Below are positions 46,529 to 58,542 of a stretch of 64,000 nt of DNA, in pieces. Every line of letters begins with the position of its first letter. Position 1 is the first letter of the stretch. Made by a program: the position numbers and the translations under genes. The stretch comes from Gammaproteobacteria bacterium. GTDB lineage: Bacteria; Pseudomonadota; Gammaproteobacteria; CAJXQU01. The stretch covers positions 2,080,001 to 2,144,000 of the forward strand of contig CBDEGZ010000003.1 in NCBI GenBank assembly GCA_965238175.1, in the 5' to 3' direction. The notes beneath the pieces were generated by a model. It was not told the origin of the DNA. It searched no databases and saw only the letters and a list, made by a program, of their open reading frames with translations.

Positions 46529-47541
46529 TATCGTTTTAATTGGTATTTTTTGACCGCAGCATCATGTTCCTTAAACGTCACTGAGAAATAATGACTACCA
46601 GTCCCATCTCCTTTTGCAACAAAAAATAAGGTATCTCCTTTTTCTGGATGCAAAGCTGCCTCTAGTGAAGCTGCACCAAACATAGCAATTGGCGTTGGCG
46701 GCAAACCTTTACGAGTATAGGTATTATAAGGCGTGTCAGTTGTGAGGTGTTTACGTGTAATATTACCGTCATATGTTGATCCAATACCGTAGATAACGGT
46801 TGGATCTGTTTGTAATTTAATATTTTTTTGTAATCGTCTGACAAATACTCCAGCAATAGTGGGTCGCTCATCTGCCCTCCCTGTTTCTTTCTCGATAATG
46901 GAAGCCATGATCATAGCTTCGTAAAGTGATTTGTAAGGTAGATCTTTTTCGCGTGCAGCCCATAACTTCTGTGAGTTTGTTTCCATTGCTTCATAAGCTC
47001 GTTTTAGAATATCAAAATCACTGGATCCAACTGTATAAAAGTAACTGTCTGGAAAAAAACGTCCTTCAGGGTGCTCTTCAGGCCTATTCAATTTGAACAT
47101 GATCTGATCTTGCGTCAACCCGGACAACTCTTTTTTCAAATCATCTTTAGCCGCTAAAGCATTAAGAACCTGATCAAATGTCCAACCTTCAACGAGAGTT
47201 ATGCTATGTTGAACAACACGACCTTCTGTCACCATCGTAAGAAAGTCATTAGGGGTCATACCTTGAGTAATCTCATATTCACCCGCTTGAATACGGTTAT
47301 CCAACTCACGGAGTCTGGTAGATAACCTAAGGAACTCCGGATGATCATAAACTTTTATTTGACTGAGTTTATGAGAAATTATCTTCATATTATCACCAGC
47401 ATTTACTACGAAGGTGGTTGGATTCTCTTGAAGTGTCACTGGAGAATCTAACGACTTTTGCATATCAGTATATAGCCAGGCAATAAAGAGAATGCCTGCA
47501 AACACAACGCTAAATAAAGTGGAGACTAAAAATTTGATCAT
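46528..47541 (-). CDS. mltG: Endolytic transglycosylase MltG
   Basis: ASIIEKETG, LQTDPTVIYG, PYNTY..GLPPTPI. Confidence 0.96.
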   Translation of the reverse strand: MIKFLVSTLFSVVFAGILFIAWLYTDMQKSLDSPVTLQENPTTFVVNAGDNMKIISHKLSQIKVYDHPEFLRLSTRLRELDNRIQAGEYEITQGMTPNDFLTMVTEGRVVQHSITLVEGWTFDQVLNALAAKDDLKKELSGLTQDQIMFKLNRPEEHPEGRFFPDSYFYTVGSSDFDILKRAYEAMETNSQKLWAAREKDLPYKSLYEAMIMASIIEKETGRADERPTIAGVFVRRLQKNIKLQTDPTVIYGIGSTYDGNITRKHLTTDTPYNTYTRKGLPPTPIAMFGAASLEAALHPEKGDTLFFVAKGDGTGSHYFSVTFKEHDAAVKKYQLKR

Positions 47542-47567
47542 GATCTATTCAAACACCCTTCCATCAT

Positions 47568-48416
47568 TTAGCTTGTTAACTGGAGCATTAATTTTTCAGT
47601 TATATTCCCTGGATCATTATAAGTAGTCGTCTCATCCGTAATAAGATTTTTTACCGGCCAAATTTTGATCAAACTATTACATAAAAATAATTCATCTGCA
47701 TACTTGATATCCGTAAGCGTAAAATCATCTATAGAAGTTTTAATATTTAGTTTCGAAGCCAACTCTAGAATAACTTCTCGCATTATTCCTTGTATGCCTG
47801 ATTGGGTGATCTGTGGCGTACACAAACTATTATTTTTGACAAAAAACAGATTACTCATTGTCCCTTCTATAACGTGATCAGCATCATTTAGCATAATGCC
47901 TTCCGCAATATTTGTACCGAGCCATTCAGATCGCGCCATCACTTGTTCAAGGCGGTTCAGATGCTTAATTCCTGCCAGCCTACAATTTAAACTTAAACGC
48001 GTTTCACAAAGGCGAATAACCACTGGATCTATATTTTCATCAAGATATGGCCAATCGGAAATACTCAATATTCTTGTTGAGTTTTGTGACGCAGGTGTTC
48101 TATAACCTCGCCCACCTTTACCGCAAGTAATAGTGATTTTCAGGACAGCCTTACCCTGCTTATCTAACGAGAATTGATCCGCGAGTTGTAATGCCTCTTT
48201 TTTAAGCAATATAAGATCCGGGGGGTCGATCAGTAGTTGCTGACATCCTCTGATCAAGCGAGCAGTATGTCTATCCCAATACTCCAGCTGCCTATTTGTT
48301 ATTGCGATAGTTTCAAATAAACCATGTCCATATTGCAAGCCGCGATCTTTAGCTGAAATGTTTGTCGAATACTTACCATTAACAAGGATAGTTTTATTTT
48401 TTTCAACAGTTTGCAT
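47568..48416 (-). CDS. pabC: Aminodeoxychorismate lyase
   Basis: DRGLQYGHGLFET, GIKHLNRLEQV, EGTMSNLF. Confidence 0.95.
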   Translation of the reverse strand: MQTVEKNKTILVNGKYSTNISAKDRGLQYGHGLFETIAITNRQLEYWDRHTARLIRGCQQLLIDPPDLILLKKEALQLADQFSLDKQGKAVLKITITCGKGGRGYRTPASQNSTRILSISDWPYLDENIDPVVIRLCETRLSLNCRLAGIKHLNRLEQVMARSEWLGTNIAEGIMLNDADHVIEGTMSNLFFVKNNSLCTPQITQSGIQGIMREVILELASKLNIKTSIDDFTLTDIKYADELFLCNSLIKIWPVKNLITDETTTYNDPGNITEKLMLQLTS

Positions 48417-48451
48417 AGTAAAGTTGAATCTAATTCTATTATTGGTTCTAG

Positions 48452-49690
48452 TTATATTTTGCGGAAAACCAAGCTGCCATTAGTACCACCAAAACCAAAA
48501 GAATTCGAAAGTGCGATATCGATTTTCATGTCTCTGGTAATATTCGGAACATAGTCAAGATCACAGTCAGGATCAGGCGTTGTATAGTTGATCGTTTGTG
48601 GGGCAACTTGTTCGTGTAATGCCAGTGCGACGAATACCGCTTCCATTCCACCCGCAGCCCCTAGTGCATGACCTATCATTGATTTAGTTGAGCTCATCGC
48701 AAGCTTATAGGCATGATCGCGACAAACAGACTTAACCGCCTGTGTTTCTGCAACATCACCTGCGGGTGTAGAGGTTCCATGGGCATTAATGTAATCAATT
48801 TGATCGGGGTTCACACCAGCATTTTTCAATGCCGTCACCATGCAGCGGGCTGCGCCTTCGCCACCTTCTGAAGGGGCTGTCATGTGATAAGCATCACCAC
48901 TCATACCCGAGCCGAGCAGTTCAGCATATATTTTTGCACCTCGTGCCTTCGCATGTTCATACTCTTCAAGCACCATTACTCCAGCGCCATCACCTAATAC
49001 GAAACCATCACGATCTTTATCCCAGGGCCGACTCGCGGCCTCAGGATCGTCATTGCGAGACGATAAAGCTCTCGCTGCCGCAAATCCGCCTAAACCTGTG
49101 GATGTTGTGGCCATCTCAGCACCACCAGCAACCATTACATCTGCATCACCGTATTCGATCATTCGAGCAGCATCACCAATACTGTGTGTGCCTGATGCGC
49201 AAGCTGTGACGATTGCATAGTTAGGCCCCTTAAGACCAAAATGTACTGAGAGATTGCCCGAGGTCATATTGATAATGCTACTTGGTATGTAGAAGGGGGA
49301 GATTCTCTTCGGACCGCGGTTCTGCACTGTATCACGTGCTTTTTCTATTCCATCTAAACCACCAATACCTGAACCAATGACAACCCCGATCCGGGTTGCA
49401 TTTTCTTCAGTGACTTCCAGGCCAGAATCTTGAAAAGCCTGTATGCCAGCAGCCATACCATAATGAATGAAAACATCCATTTTTCGGGCTTCTTTAGCAG
49501 AAATATATTCCGTTATATCGAAATCTTTTATTGATCCACTAAAGCGAGTTGCATATTCAGAAACATCGAGAGATGTTATTGGGCCAATCCCACTTTTACC
49601 TGCTTTAATGGCTTCCCAGGAGGATTCAACAGTATTACCAACCGGAGTGATTAAGCCTAATCCAGTAATGACGACACGTTTTTTACTCAT
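48452..49690 (-). CDS. fabF: Beta-ketoacyl-ACP synthase II
   Basis: [31 protein letters not shown]. Confidence 0.97.
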   Translation of the reverse strand: MSKKRVVITGLGLITPVGNTVESSWEAIKAGKSGIGPITSLDVSEYATRFSGSIKDFDITEYISAKEARKMDVFIHYGMAAGIQAFQDSGLEVTEENATRIGVVIGSGIGGLDGIEKARDTVQNRGPKRISPFYIPSSIINMTSGNLSVHFGLKGPNYAIVTACASGTHSIGDAARMIEYGDADVMVAGGAEMATTSTGLGGFAAARALSSRNDDPEAASRPWDKDRDGFVLGDGAGVMVLEEYEHAKARGAKIYAELLGSGMSGDAYHMTAPSEGGEGAARCMVTALKNAGVNPDQIDYINAHGTSTPAGDVAETQAVKSVCRDHAYKLAMSSTKSMIGHALGAAGGMEAVFVALALHEQVAPQTINYTTPDPDCDLDYVPNITRDMKIDIALSNSFGFGGTNGSLVFRKI

Positions 49691-49812
49691 GATATTTTTC
49701 TTTTGATCGGGTTTGTTTTAGTGATAGAACGCCTTCTCATATCACTTCAATTCCACAATAGATCGCCAATCCATGACGACAATTAATTATTTATTAAATC
49801 ATATCAGAAAAC

Positions 49813-49853
49813 GAAAAAGGCCGTGCCATAATTTATATGACACGGCCTTTTTC
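49813..49853 (-). terminator. Rho-independent terminator after acpP
   Basis: GAAAAAGGCCGTG...CACGGCCTTTTTC stem. Confidence 0.85.
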
Positions 49854-49871
49854 TAGCTTGCTTTTGTCGAA

Positions 49872-50108
49872 TTAACTGGCGTTTGCGTTTACATAGTCAA
49901 TAGCCAATTGAACTGTCGTAATATTTTCAGCTTCTTCATCAGGAATTTCAGTTTTAAATTCTTCTTCTAGTGCCATGACTAACTCAACCGTATCGAGTGA
50001 ATCTGCACCTAGATCATCAACAAAGGAGGCTTCATTAGTGACCTCTTCTTCTTTTACGCCAAGTTGCTCAACGACTATTTTCTTGACCTTTTCTTCTATA
50101 CTACTCAT
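49872..50108 (-). CDS. acpP: Acyl carrier protein
   Basis: [20 protein letters not shown]. Confidence 0.98.
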   Translation of the reverse strand: MSSIEEKVKKIVVEQLGVKEEEVTNEASFVDDLGADSLDTVELVMALEEEFKTEIPDEEAENITTVQLAIDYVNANAS

Positions 50109-50250
50109 TGTGGAAATTCCTCCAAATTAACTCTATATCTCCATACAATCCATGATTGCATGGGCCCTCGTATTCTATGTGTTTTACATTAAGTTGCAAG
50201 CGATTATACAACTCATAAACTAATTATCTTTATATCTCAATAAGATAAGT

Positions 50251-50994
50251 TTATGGCATATACATGCCACCATTAACATTTAAAGTTTCCCCTGTTATAA
50301 ATCCTGCTTCTTCTGAAGCTAAAAATACTACAGCGTTAGCAATATCACTAACATCACCCATCCGACCTATAGGGATATTTTTTAACATAGAGTCTCTTTG
50401 ATTAGTGTCAAGCTCTCTAGTCATATCAGTTTCAATAAATCCGGGTGCTACTAAATTAACTGTAATTCCACGAGATGCGATTTCATGTGCCATCGATTTA
50501 GTAAAACCGCTCATGCCAGCTTTTGCTGCACAATAGTTAGCCTGGCCAGGGTTTCCCATTAGACCAACGACAGAACCAATATTAATCACACGACCATAAC
50601 GTGCCTTCATCATTCCTCTTAAGAAAGCCTTACTCATTCTAAATATAGAGGTTAGATTTGTTTCTATTACGGTATCCCATTCTTCATCTTTCATCCGCAT
50701 TAAAAGATTATCTCGCGTAACCCCGGCGTTATTTATAAGAATAGAGGGAGACTTATCATTCTCCTTCAGGTTCTCTACTAACGCAGCTACAGATTCTGGA
50801 TTAGAAACATCCAATAGATGTGCATCTCCTTCAAAGTTATTATCTTTAAGTGTATTACGTATGGTTTCTATTCCATTTTCTGAGGTTGCAGTGCCGATAA
50901 CATAAGCGCCCTGCTTTGCCAGTGCTAACAGAATAGCCTGGCCGATACCGCGGGTCGCTCCCGTAACTAGAGCCGTTTTATCTTTGAGTTTCAT
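50251..50994 (-). CDS. fabG: 3-oxoacyl-ACP reductase
   Basis: TGATRGIG, NNAGVTRD, YCAAK. Confidence 0.97.
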   Translation of the reverse strand: MKLKDKTALVTGATRGIGQAILLALAKQGAYVIGTATSENGIETIRNTLKDNNFEGDAHLLDVSNPESVAALVENLKENDKSPSILINNAGVTRDNLLMRMKDEEWDTVIETNLTSIFRMSKAFLRGMMKARYGRVINIGSVVGLMGNPGQANYCAAKAGMSGFTKSMAHEIASRGITVNLVAPGFIETDMTRELDTNQRDSMLKNIPIGRMGDVSDIANAVVFLASEEAGFITGETLNVNGGMYMP

Positions 50995-51917
50995 GAAGTT
51001 GCTTTCTCCAAAGAAGCTGAGTCAAAAACAGGATGACAGATTAGCTGCCGATCAATTCTTTTACTCAAGCCTGAGAGTACTTTACCTGGGCCACATTCAA
51101 TAATTTGTTCAGAATCTTGTGACACAACTTGCATAACATCAACCCATCGAACCGGTTGATGGAGTTGATCAATTAATGCTTGTTTAATATCTCCAGACTC
51201 TGATCGCGTTTTAGCATCAACATTATGTACAACAGGAATTTTCGGAGATTTAATCGTGACTGAGTCTAACCGTTCTTTTAAAGCATCTGCTGCTGGGAGC
51301 ATAAGTGGACTATGTGATGGAACACTTACTGGAAGTAATACCGCACGCTTTGCACCCGCCTCTTTTAATATTTCAATAGCTTTATCAACCGTTGAGGCTG
51401 TTCCAGCAATAACAATTTGACCTGGTGAATTAAAGTTCGCACAGGAAACCAGGCCATCATCTTGAGTACTCGTTAATGTACAAATATCTGCCACCACATC
51501 ATCTTCCATGCCAAGGATAGCTGCCATAGCCCCTTCTCCTGCAGGCACCGCTTCTTGCATAAAACGGCCACGATCGGCTACCAAAGCAACTCCATCTTGA
51601 AAATCGAGTGCGCCAGCGCAAACGAGAGCTGTATATTCGCCCAAACTATGACCAGCTAACACAGAAGATTTTTGAGTTAATTTTGTATCGAGAACACGCC
51701 ATACTGAAACACCCGCTGCTAATAGTGCAGGTTGGGTACGATCAGTTCGGTTGAGATCAGTATCTGGCCCATTTTTGACAAGATCCCAAAGATCATAACC
51801 AAGAACTTCAGATGCTTCCGCGTAGGTTTTCTCAACAACGGAATTCGATTCTGCGAGTTCGGAAAGCATTCCGACTGCTTGAGAACCCTGACCGGGGAAA
51901 ATAAATCCTGTTTTCAT
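50991..51917 (-). CDS. fabD: Malonyl-CoA:ACP transacylase
   Basis: FPGQGSQ, GHSLGEY, VSVPSH. Confidence 0.97.
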   Translation of the reverse strand: MKTGFIFPGQGSQAVGMLSELAESNSVVEKTYAEASEVLGYDLWDLVKNGPDTDLNRTDRTQPALLAAGVSVWRVLDTKLTQKSSVLAGHSLGEYTALVCAGALDFQDGVALVADRGRFMQEAVPAGEGAMAAILGMEDDVVADICTLTSTQDDGLVSCANFNSPGQIVIAGTASTVDKAIEILKEAGAKRAVLLPVSVPSHSPLMLPAADALKERLDSVTIKSPKIPVVHNVDAKTRSESGDIKQALIDQLHQPVRWVDVMQVVSQDSEQIIECGPGKVLSGLSKRIDRQLICHPVFDSASLEKATS

Positions 51918-51936
51918 ATGTAATATCTCACCAACA

Positions 51937-52878
51937 CTAATATCTAACTAAGGCTGAACCCCAGGTGAAGCCTCCCCCAAAGGCTTCTAACAATAACAAT
52001 TCACCCCTTTTAATTTTTCCATTTCTTACTGCATGATCTAAAGCCAGGGGAACAGAGGCAGCAGAGGTATTACCATGCTCTCCAACAGTAACAACGACAT
52101 GATCCATGTTCATTCTAAGCTTTCTTGCTGTTGCTTGGATAATACGGATATTGGCTTGATGAGGAATAAGCCAATCTATGTCACTTTTTTGGAGGTTATT
52201 TGCCTCTAATGTTTCGTCTACGATTCGACCTAAAGTATTAACTGCAGTTTTAAATACTTCATTACCCTGCATAGTAATAAACGACTCTCCTGCAGGAACT
52301 TGGAGTAGTGCATCATAATCACCATCTGCATGTATGTGCGAACTAAGTATGCCAGGCTTATCGCTAGCTTCGATAATGACTGCACCAGCACCATCCCCAA
52401 AAAGAATACAAGTACCCCTATCAGTCCAATCCAAAATTCTCGACATGCTTTCCGCACCAATCACGAGTGCACGTTTTGCACCATTTGTTTTAATAAAACG
52501 ATTGGCCACATCTAAAGCGTAAATAAAACCTGTGCACACGGCTTGAATATCAAATGCTGGACATTCATGTATTCCTAGCTTTTTTTGTAGTAAACAAGCC
52601 GTACTTGGGAAAATTCGATCTGGAGTGGTAGTTGCAAAAACAATTAGATCTATATCATTCGCTTGAAGACCTGCAGCTTCTATAGCACGCAAGGAGGCTT
52701 GTTCGGCCAGATCACAAGTAGTTTGCCCTTCAGCAACAATATGTCGTTGTTTAATCCCGGTTCGTTCTTTGATCCATTCATCAGTAGTATCTACCGTTTC
52801 AGCCAATTCCGCATTTGTAAGTACTCGTTCGGGAAGGTAGCTACCGGTGCCGATTATTTTGGAGTAAACCTTGCTCAT
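51937..52878 (-). CDS. fabH: Beta-ketoacyl-ACP synthase III
   Basis: [30 protein letters not shown]. Confidence 0.97.
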   Translation of the reverse strand: MSKVYSKIIGTGSYLPERVLTNAELAETVDTTDEWIKERTGIKQRHIVAEGQTTCDLAEQASLRAIEAAGLQANDIDLIVFATTTPDRIFPSTACLLQKKLGIHECPAFDIQAVCTGFIYALDVANRFIKTNGAKRALVIGAESMSRILDWTDRGTCILFGDGAGAVIIEASDKPGILSSHIHADGDYDALLQVPAGESFITMQGNEVFKTAVNTLGRIVDETLEANNLQKSDIDWLIPHQANIRIIQATARKLRMNMDHVVVTVGEHGNTSAASVPLALDHAVRNGKIKRGELLLLEAFGGGFTWGSALVRY

Positions 52879-52882
52879 ATAC

Positions 52883-53884
52883 TTAAACTAAGTGGGTTCC
52901 AAGTTGAGTTTTGATTTGTTCGGGAACATTCTTTTCAATTTCTGTAATTGCTTCTTCAATCGCATGTGCAAACGAAAGCATGTCTGCACTGCCATGACTT
53001 TTAATAACGATTCCTTTTAATCCTAATAAGCTTGCGCCATTATAACGACGGGGGTCAATACGTTTTTTTATCGCATTAAGAACAGGACGACTCATCAGTG
53101 CTCCGATCTTAGTAAAAACAGAACGCGAAAACTCTTCCTTTGCAAATGAGGTTAACATATGAGCAACACCTTCGCTGGCCTTTAATGCAACATTCCCCAT
53201 AAAACCATCGCAGACTATTACATCTGTTTTGCCAGTATATATATCATTTCCTTCAACAAATCCGACATAATTCAATTTACTATCAGATAGCAATTTTGCT
53301 GCACTTTTTACACGTTCATTGCCTTTTACCTCTTCTTCACCAACATTAAGTAATCCAACGGTTGGCTTTTCTAAATTCTTAACCGCACTGACTAAAACAG
53401 AGCCCATCACCGCAAATTGGAACAGCTGCTCTGCGCTAGAATCAACATTTGCCCCTAAATCTAATACGTGCGAGCTACCATCGATCCCAGGCATACCACT
53501 ACAAATTGCAGGTCTATCAATTCCAGGTAACATCCGTAAGACGAAACGTGCGGTTGCCATCAAGGCCCCCGTATTTCCAGCACTTACACAGGCGTCAGTT
53601 GTACCCTCTTTAACAAGGTTAATCGCCACACGCATTGAGGAATCTTTCTTTCTTTTTAGTGCAAGTGAAGGAGACTCATCCATTTCGACAATCTCAGTTG
53701 CGTTGTGGACGGTTATTTGAGGGTTTTCAGACTCACCCTCTGTTTTGAGAATATCTATCAACACACCTTCTTTCCCGCTCAGGATTAGATGTAAAGTTGG
53801 GTGTTTTTTGAGAATATGGAGACACGCTGGAACAGTAACAGAAGGACCAAAGTCACCACCCATAGCATCTATAGAAATTTTCAT
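52883..53884 (-). CDS. plsX: Phosphate acyltransferase PlsX
   Basis: [27 protein letters not shown]. Confidence 0.97.
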   Translation of the reverse strand: MKISIDAMGGDFGPSVTVPACLHILKKHPTLHLILSGKEGVLIDILKTEGESENPQITVHNATEIVEMDESPSLALKRKKDSSMRVAINLVKEGTTDACVSAGNTGALMATARFVLRMLPGIDRPAICSGMPGIDGSSHVLDLGANVDSSAEQLFQFAVMGSVLVSAVKNLEKPTVGLLNVGEEEVKGNERVKSAAKLLSDSKLNYVGFVEGNDIYTGKTDVIVCDGFMGNVALKASEGVAHMLTSFAKEEFSRSVFTKIGALMSRPVLNAIKKRIDPRRYNGASLLGLKGIVIKSHGSADMLSFAHAIEEAITEIEKNVPEQIKTQLGTHLV

Positions 53885-53954
53885 TAGAAAATTATCTGAT
53901 CAATGAAGAATTAAGAGACCTCCTCGATCAGATTTTGAAGTCAACTGAAAGAAA

Positions 53955-54131
53955 TTAATCTTCAGTATTAATGACTTTTCGACCTTTGTAGTATCCATCA
54001 GGACTTACATGGTGTCGTAGATGTACTTCACCTGTTGTTGGGTCAGTTGATAAAGTCTTCGTTGTTAACGCATCGTGTGAACGACGCATTCCTCTTCTCG
54101 AAGTACTTTTCTTGCTCTTTTGTACAGCCAT
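53955..54131 (-). CDS. rpmF: 50S ribosomal protein L32
   Basis: Hand translation [22 protein letters not shown]...[17 protein letters not shown] (58 aa, absent from the ORF track). Confidence 0.97.
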   Translation of the reverse strand: MAVQKSKKSTSRRGMRRSHDALTTKTLSTDPTTGEVHLRHHVSPDGYYKGRKVINTED

Positions 54132-54644
54132 TTATAACTCCTGATCGTTTTTCAATTTAGCCAAAATCGCAAATGGATTTGGTTTCTCTGTTTCCTGTAA
54201 TTTCTCAATTATAGCATTATTCGGACATTTTCCTTCATCGTGTAAAGGCGAAAATGGCAGAGCCAATATCACCTCGTCTTCGATTAATTCTGCGAGTGGC
54301 AGCGATTCTTCCACTACCGTCACAATTTCATATCCCTGATCTTCCAGATGACCTTCCGCAGACTCTCCAATGACAAACTCTAATTGGATATTATCCCGAA
54401 CCGGTACTTTAACCGGATTCAAACAACGCTGACAGATCATGCTAACTTCTGTTGCAAACTTACCGATGGCGACATTAGATCGATTATTTCGATCAAATTT
54501 GAGATCAAACTTCACAATACCGCTACCATCGTCCAAACTTAAGGTCAGACGTTGCAATTGATCCACATTAATTTGGCCTTCCAGGTTCTCACCTGTTTTG
54601 GCAAATTTTATTGGATCAATGTGCTCTGGGAATTGGTTTACCAT
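54132..54644 (-). CDS. yceD: YceD (DUF177) protein
   Basis: CQRCL, LIEDEVILALP, PNPFAILAKLK; upstream of rpmF. Confidence 0.93.
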   Translation of the reverse strand: MVNQFPEHIDPIKFAKTGENLEGQINVDQLQRLTLSLDDGSGIVKFDLKFDRNNRSNVAIGKFATEVSMICQRCLNPVKVPVRDNIQLEFVIGESAEGHLEDQGYEIVTVVEESLPLAELIEDEVILALPFSPLHDEGKCPNNAIIEKLQETEKPNPFAILAKLKNDQEL

Positions 54645-54697
54645 AAGCGGCGCACATTATAGGGGATCATTTAACTAAATGGTAATAAAATAATGCG

Positions 54698-55321
54698 ATG
54701 AATAAAAACAACCTTCAAACCCTAGAAACACGACAAATGGATCAAACTTTGATACTCGGATCTTCATCCATTTATAGAAAAGAATTACTACAACGTATAG
54801 GCCTTGATTTTGCGATTGATTCACCTGACATTGATGAAACAAGAAGAACCGGTGAAAGACCTGATGAATTAGTTAAACGACTTTCCTATGAAAAAGCAAA
54901 AGTCATTGCTGAAAGACATCCACAATCATTAATTATTGGTTCGGATCAAGTTGCCGTAAATGGCGATCAGATCTTAGGTAAACCCGGCAATAAACATATC
55001 GCCACGGAACAGCTAGAACAGGCGAGTGGCCGGTGCGTAACGTTTTTGACAGGCTTATGTCTCTTAAACGCGGACACCACCCAATTTCAGATCGATGTTG
55101 TCCAGTATAATGTTCATTTTCGACAACTAACTACTGATCAAATTTGCGCCTATTTGGAGAAGGAGCAACCTTTCAACTGCGCCGGCAGTTTTAAATCCGA
55201 AGGTTTGGGTGTTGCGTTATTTGAGAAAATGGAAGGCGGAGATCCAACCGCTTTAATTGGTCTCCCCCTTATTAGGCTTATTAGTATGCTGCGAAAAGAA
55301 GGGATCGAGGTTTTATCTTAA
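54698..55321 (+). CDS. yceF: Maf-like nucleotide pyrophosphatase (YceF)
   Basis: LILGSSSIYRKELL, IGSDQV, LGKP, CAGSFKSEGLG. Confidence 0.92.
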   Translation: MNKNNLQTLETRQMDQTLILGSSSIYRKELLQRIGLDFAIDSPDIDETRRTGERPDELVKRLSYEKAKVIAERHPQSLIIGSDQVAVNGDQILGKPGNKHIATEQLEQASGRCVTFLTGLCLLNADTTQFQIDVVQYNVHFRQLTTDQICAYLEKEQPFNCAGSFKSEGLGVALFEKMEGGDPTALIGLPLIRLISMLRKEGIEVLS

Positions 55322-56278
55322 CCAGAACGAACCCTGCTGACTAAAAATTTGAGCGCTAGCTGAAGCACCCATCTGCTTCGCTAATTTCTCAAAGTATGGC
55401 TCATGTGTAGTGAAATCGACAATTTCTTCGGCACCAATAACCTCTCGCGCTACGTAGCTGCTACTTCCCAATGCGTCAACAAGACCAAGTTCGACACTTC
55501 TTTCACCTGTCCAGATTAAACCACTAAACGTATCTCTATCAGATTTTAGACGATTACCACGACCTTCTTTGACCGTTGTAATAAATTGATTATGTATATC
55601 GCCAAGCATATTTTTAACATGTTTCATTTCATCATCATTAACAGGTGTGAATGGATCCAAGAATCCTTTATGTTCACCAGCAGTAATTAAACGGCGTTCC
55701 ACACCCAGTTTTTCCATTGTGTCTACAAATCCAAAACCGTTCATAATGACGCCGATAGAGCCAACCAGGCTCGCTTTATCTGCATATATTTTGTCTGCAG
55801 CAGCAGCAATATAATATCCACCAGAGGCGCAAATATCGGTGATCACAGCATAGAGTGGAATGTCGGGATGTGCTTTTCGTAGTCGTTTTATCTCATCGTT
55901 TATATAGCCCGATTGCACAGGACTACCGCCGGGACTATTGATACGAAGAATAATGCCTTTAGTACCTTTATCTTCAAACGCACTTCGTAAGGCCGGGATG
56001 ATACGATCTGCACTTGCTTCCGCTTCTGGTGCAATAACACCTGTTAATTCAACTAAAGCTGTGTGAGATCCTCCTCCCTGATTACCTGATTTCCAATCTT
56101 TAGGGGCATAAAGCCAAATTATAGCAAATAGGTAAGCGAACATTAGAAACTTAAAGAAAAGCCCCCAACGTCGTGTTTTTTTCTGTTCTTCCAATGCGGA
56201 ATTGGCGAGTTTGACAATTACTTCTCTTTCCCAATTGTTATTAGATACGGGGCTAGATGAATTTGGTTTCTCTGACAT
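55313..56278 (-). CDS. sppA: S49 family signal peptide peptidase
   Basis: RINSPGGS, ASGGYYIA, GSIGV. Confidence 0.92.
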   Translation of the reverse strand: MSEKPNSSSPVSNNNWEREVIVKLANSALEEQKKTRRWGLFFKFLMFAYLFAIIWLYAPKDWKSGNQGGGSHTALVELTGVIAPEAEASADRIIPALRSAFEDKGTKGIILRINSPGGSPVQSGYINDEIKRLRKAHPDIPLYAVITDICASGGYYIAAAADKIYADKASLVGSIGVIMNGFGFVDTMEKLGVERRLITAGEHKGFLDPFTPVNDDEMKHVKNMLGDIHNQFITTVKEGRGNRLKSDRDTFSGLIWTGERSVELGLVDALGSSSYVAREVIGAEEIVDFTTHEPYFEKLAKQMGASASAQIFSQQGSFWLR

Positions 56279-56287
56279 ATTTTTTCT

Positions 56288-57325
56288 CTAAAAAGTGATT
56301 GGAATATTATACAGTTCTGACAAGCCATTTAATGCTTTTACAGTCGCTGGATCAAGCGGCACTCCGTTCTTCTGATTGTATTCATATTGTTCCCAACGTG
56401 TTTCTCCAGGGATCATCACATTCCCTTCAACAGTACTAGAATCCTTAACCAATTCAACCAGTTGTTCCATACGCTCATAGTATGTATCTATATCTAAAAA
56501 ACGGCTGATATCTATGGCCATGAAAAAATGACCGTTTTTACCAGGTTCCTTATAATTGGTGAACATTGAATTCACTTCAGATGAGAACATTGCTCCGGTT
56601 AAGACGCTGCTCAGGATCTCAATCATTAAAGAAAGACCATAACCCTTTGCCCCACCAAAAGGCAGCAAAGCACCTTCATCAACCTTGTTTGGATCGGAAA
56701 TAGAATTTCCTTGTCTGTCAATCGCAATTCCTTCGGGGAGTTCTTTCCCCTGTTCAGCATATTTCATAACTTGAGCACCCGCTATCGCGGTCGTTGCCAT
56801 ATCCAACATCATACTTTTACCATTACGTCGCGGGGCACCAAAGGCAAAAGGATTTGTTCCAAAAACTGCTTTTATTCCCCCGTATGGTGCAACTTTTGAA
56901 ATTGAGTTACTGAGTGCGATACCAATCATTCCTTGCTCTGCTGCAAGTTGAACATAATATGCGCTCGTACCAAAATGATTACTATTTTTTACACCAACAA
57001 CACCAACCCCAAATTCTTTGGCCATATCAATTGATCTCATCATAGCTTTATGACCAACATAATGACCAATTCCCTGATCACCATTCATAACGGTAACAGC
57101 ACTGTTTTCATTACTGTATTCCGGCTCACAAGGACATTTGATCAAACCAAGTCCAATTCTTTTAGTATAGGCAGGTAATCGCCAGACACCATGTGTCGGT
57201 CGACCAATCTGATCACTCCAAATCAGCGCTTTAGCAAAAATTCGAGATTGTTCATCAGAAGCATTTACTGATCGTAAAACATTGCTGACAAATTCTTGAA
57301 GGGTTTTTAGAGATACTCTTTTCAA
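56288..57325 (-). CDS. Ldh_2 family NAD(P)H oxidoreductase
   Basis: GRPTHGV, NSNHFG, GTNPFAFG, DMATT, FGGAKGYGL, IPGE. Confidence 0.9.
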   Translation of the reverse strand: MKRVSLKTLQEFVSNVLRSVNASDEQSRIFAKALIWSDQIGRPTHGVWRLPAYTKRIGLGLIKCPCEPEYSNENSAVTVMNGDQGIGHYVGHKAMMRSIDMAKEFGVGVVGVKNSNHFGTSAYYVQLAAEQGMIGIALSNSISKVAPYGGIKAVFGTNPFAFGAPRRNGKSMMLDMATTAIAGAQVMKYAEQGKELPEGIAIDRQGNSISDPNKVDEGALLPFGGAKGYGLSLMIEILSSVLTGAMFSSEVNSMFTNYKEPGKNGHFFMAIDISRFLDIDTYYERMEQLVELVKDSSTVEGNVMIPGETRWEQYEYNQKNGVPLDPATVKALNGLSELYNIPITF

Positions 57326-58542
57326 GATAAGAACTTTAATCTTTTAGAGACAGCACTTGAGAAATCAGCCCATATTTTTGCTAAAAAAGGTCCAGGATCA
57401 TCCAAACTAAAATAGGGAAAAACCAGAGCAGGACCTTTGATGCTTTTCAGCCATTCTATTGTTGTGATCTCACCTAAACGACGCAGTTCTATAAGTGATA
57501 AACAATCCAATAAGACCATCCAACGTCGAACACCAATTTTATAGCTAGTCTTTTCTGGCAAAGGTTTGCCTGTGAGATGACAATAAATAATATAAGCCAT
57601 ATCCAACCCACTTTTCGCAACAATGGCCTGAGCAGCAGAGAAACGTGGATTACATTCTATTATCTTCAGTTGACCATCGCGTACATCATGTTTGAATTCG
57701 ATATGCCCCATTCCGCGGAAACCAATACCTTTAAAAAAGCGTTGTCCCATTTCTGCTGTTTCCGGCAACCATTCCGTAACATGTAGGCAGCCATTACCAG
57801 AATTTTTCGGGTAGCGTCTTATTATCTTATGTGTATATTGAAAAAGCTCGTTACCCTCTTCGTCCATATAAGTGTAGTAGGCGCTCTGCAAATCATCAGC
57901 CCCAGGAATCATTTCCGTCACCATCAATTCAAGATCTTTATCTAAAAGACTTTTCACATTATTTCTAAGCTCTTCTTTATCATTTGCGGTGAGGTATTTT
58001 TTATTTTTGAAATGTTGCTGAAACAAATGTGAATGAAGTGGTTTGATCATTACAGGGAATAATATTGTGTTCTTGACTGTATCGACATCTTCAAGAACAT
58101 CTATATTGTAAAATGCCGGTGCCGGGCACCCAGCAGATTTGCCTAAGATTAATGTTTTCTGTTTGTTCAGCATTGCAAGATCAATTTCTGGAATATTATT
58201 ATCCATAATGAAATATTCTGTAAGTGCCTTTTTGTTGTGGGCAATATATTCGACAGCATGATCACTACATACCATAATCACACAACCTTTTAATTCAGGA
58301 TGTTTGTTTGATAATAATAACTCTTCCCAAAAGACATCAGGTTTGGTCTTTGCCGGGTATGGATAACTTTTTAGACAATAACGTGATTTGAAGGTGGGAG
58401 AATCAAACTGCGCTGAGATATAAACAGGGATTCCTCTACGGCCAAAGCTGCGCGCCAGAGAAATCGTATTTTCTTGTCCTCCAAGAATTAAGACGGGGAT
58501 GTTTTTATTTGTGTTCATAAAGTTAAGTTTTCTTACTTTCAC
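57322..58542 (-). CDS. ATP-grasp carboxylate-amine ligase
   Basis: FPVMIKP, TEMIPG, IEFKHDVRDGQLKIIECNPRF. Confidence 0.88.
   Translation of the reverse strand: MKVRKLNFMNTNKNIPVLILGGQENTISLARSFGRRGIPVYISAQFDSPTFKSRYCLKSYPYPAKTKPDVFWEELLLSNKHPELKGCVIMVCSDHAVEYIAHNKKALTEYFIMDNNIPEIDLAMLNKQKTLILGKSAGCPAPAFYNIDVLEDVDTVKNTILFPVMIKPLHSHLFQQHFKNKKYLTANDKEELRNNVKSLLDKDLELMVTEMIPGADDLQSAYYTYMDEEGNELFQYTHKIIRRYPKNSGNGCLHVTEWLPETAEMGQRFFKGIGFRGMGHIEFKHDVRDGQLKIIECNPRFSAAQAIVAKSGLDMAYIIYCHLTGKPLPEKTSYKIGVRRWMVLLDCLSLIELRRLGEITTIEWLKSIKGPALVFPYFSLDDPGPFLAKIWADFSSAVSKRLKFLS

Noticed and set aside
43692-56278. Novelty in the fab/tmk/holB block
   Set aside because: Standard gammaproteobacterial gene order and motifs; no tRNA, rRNA or anomalies noticed.
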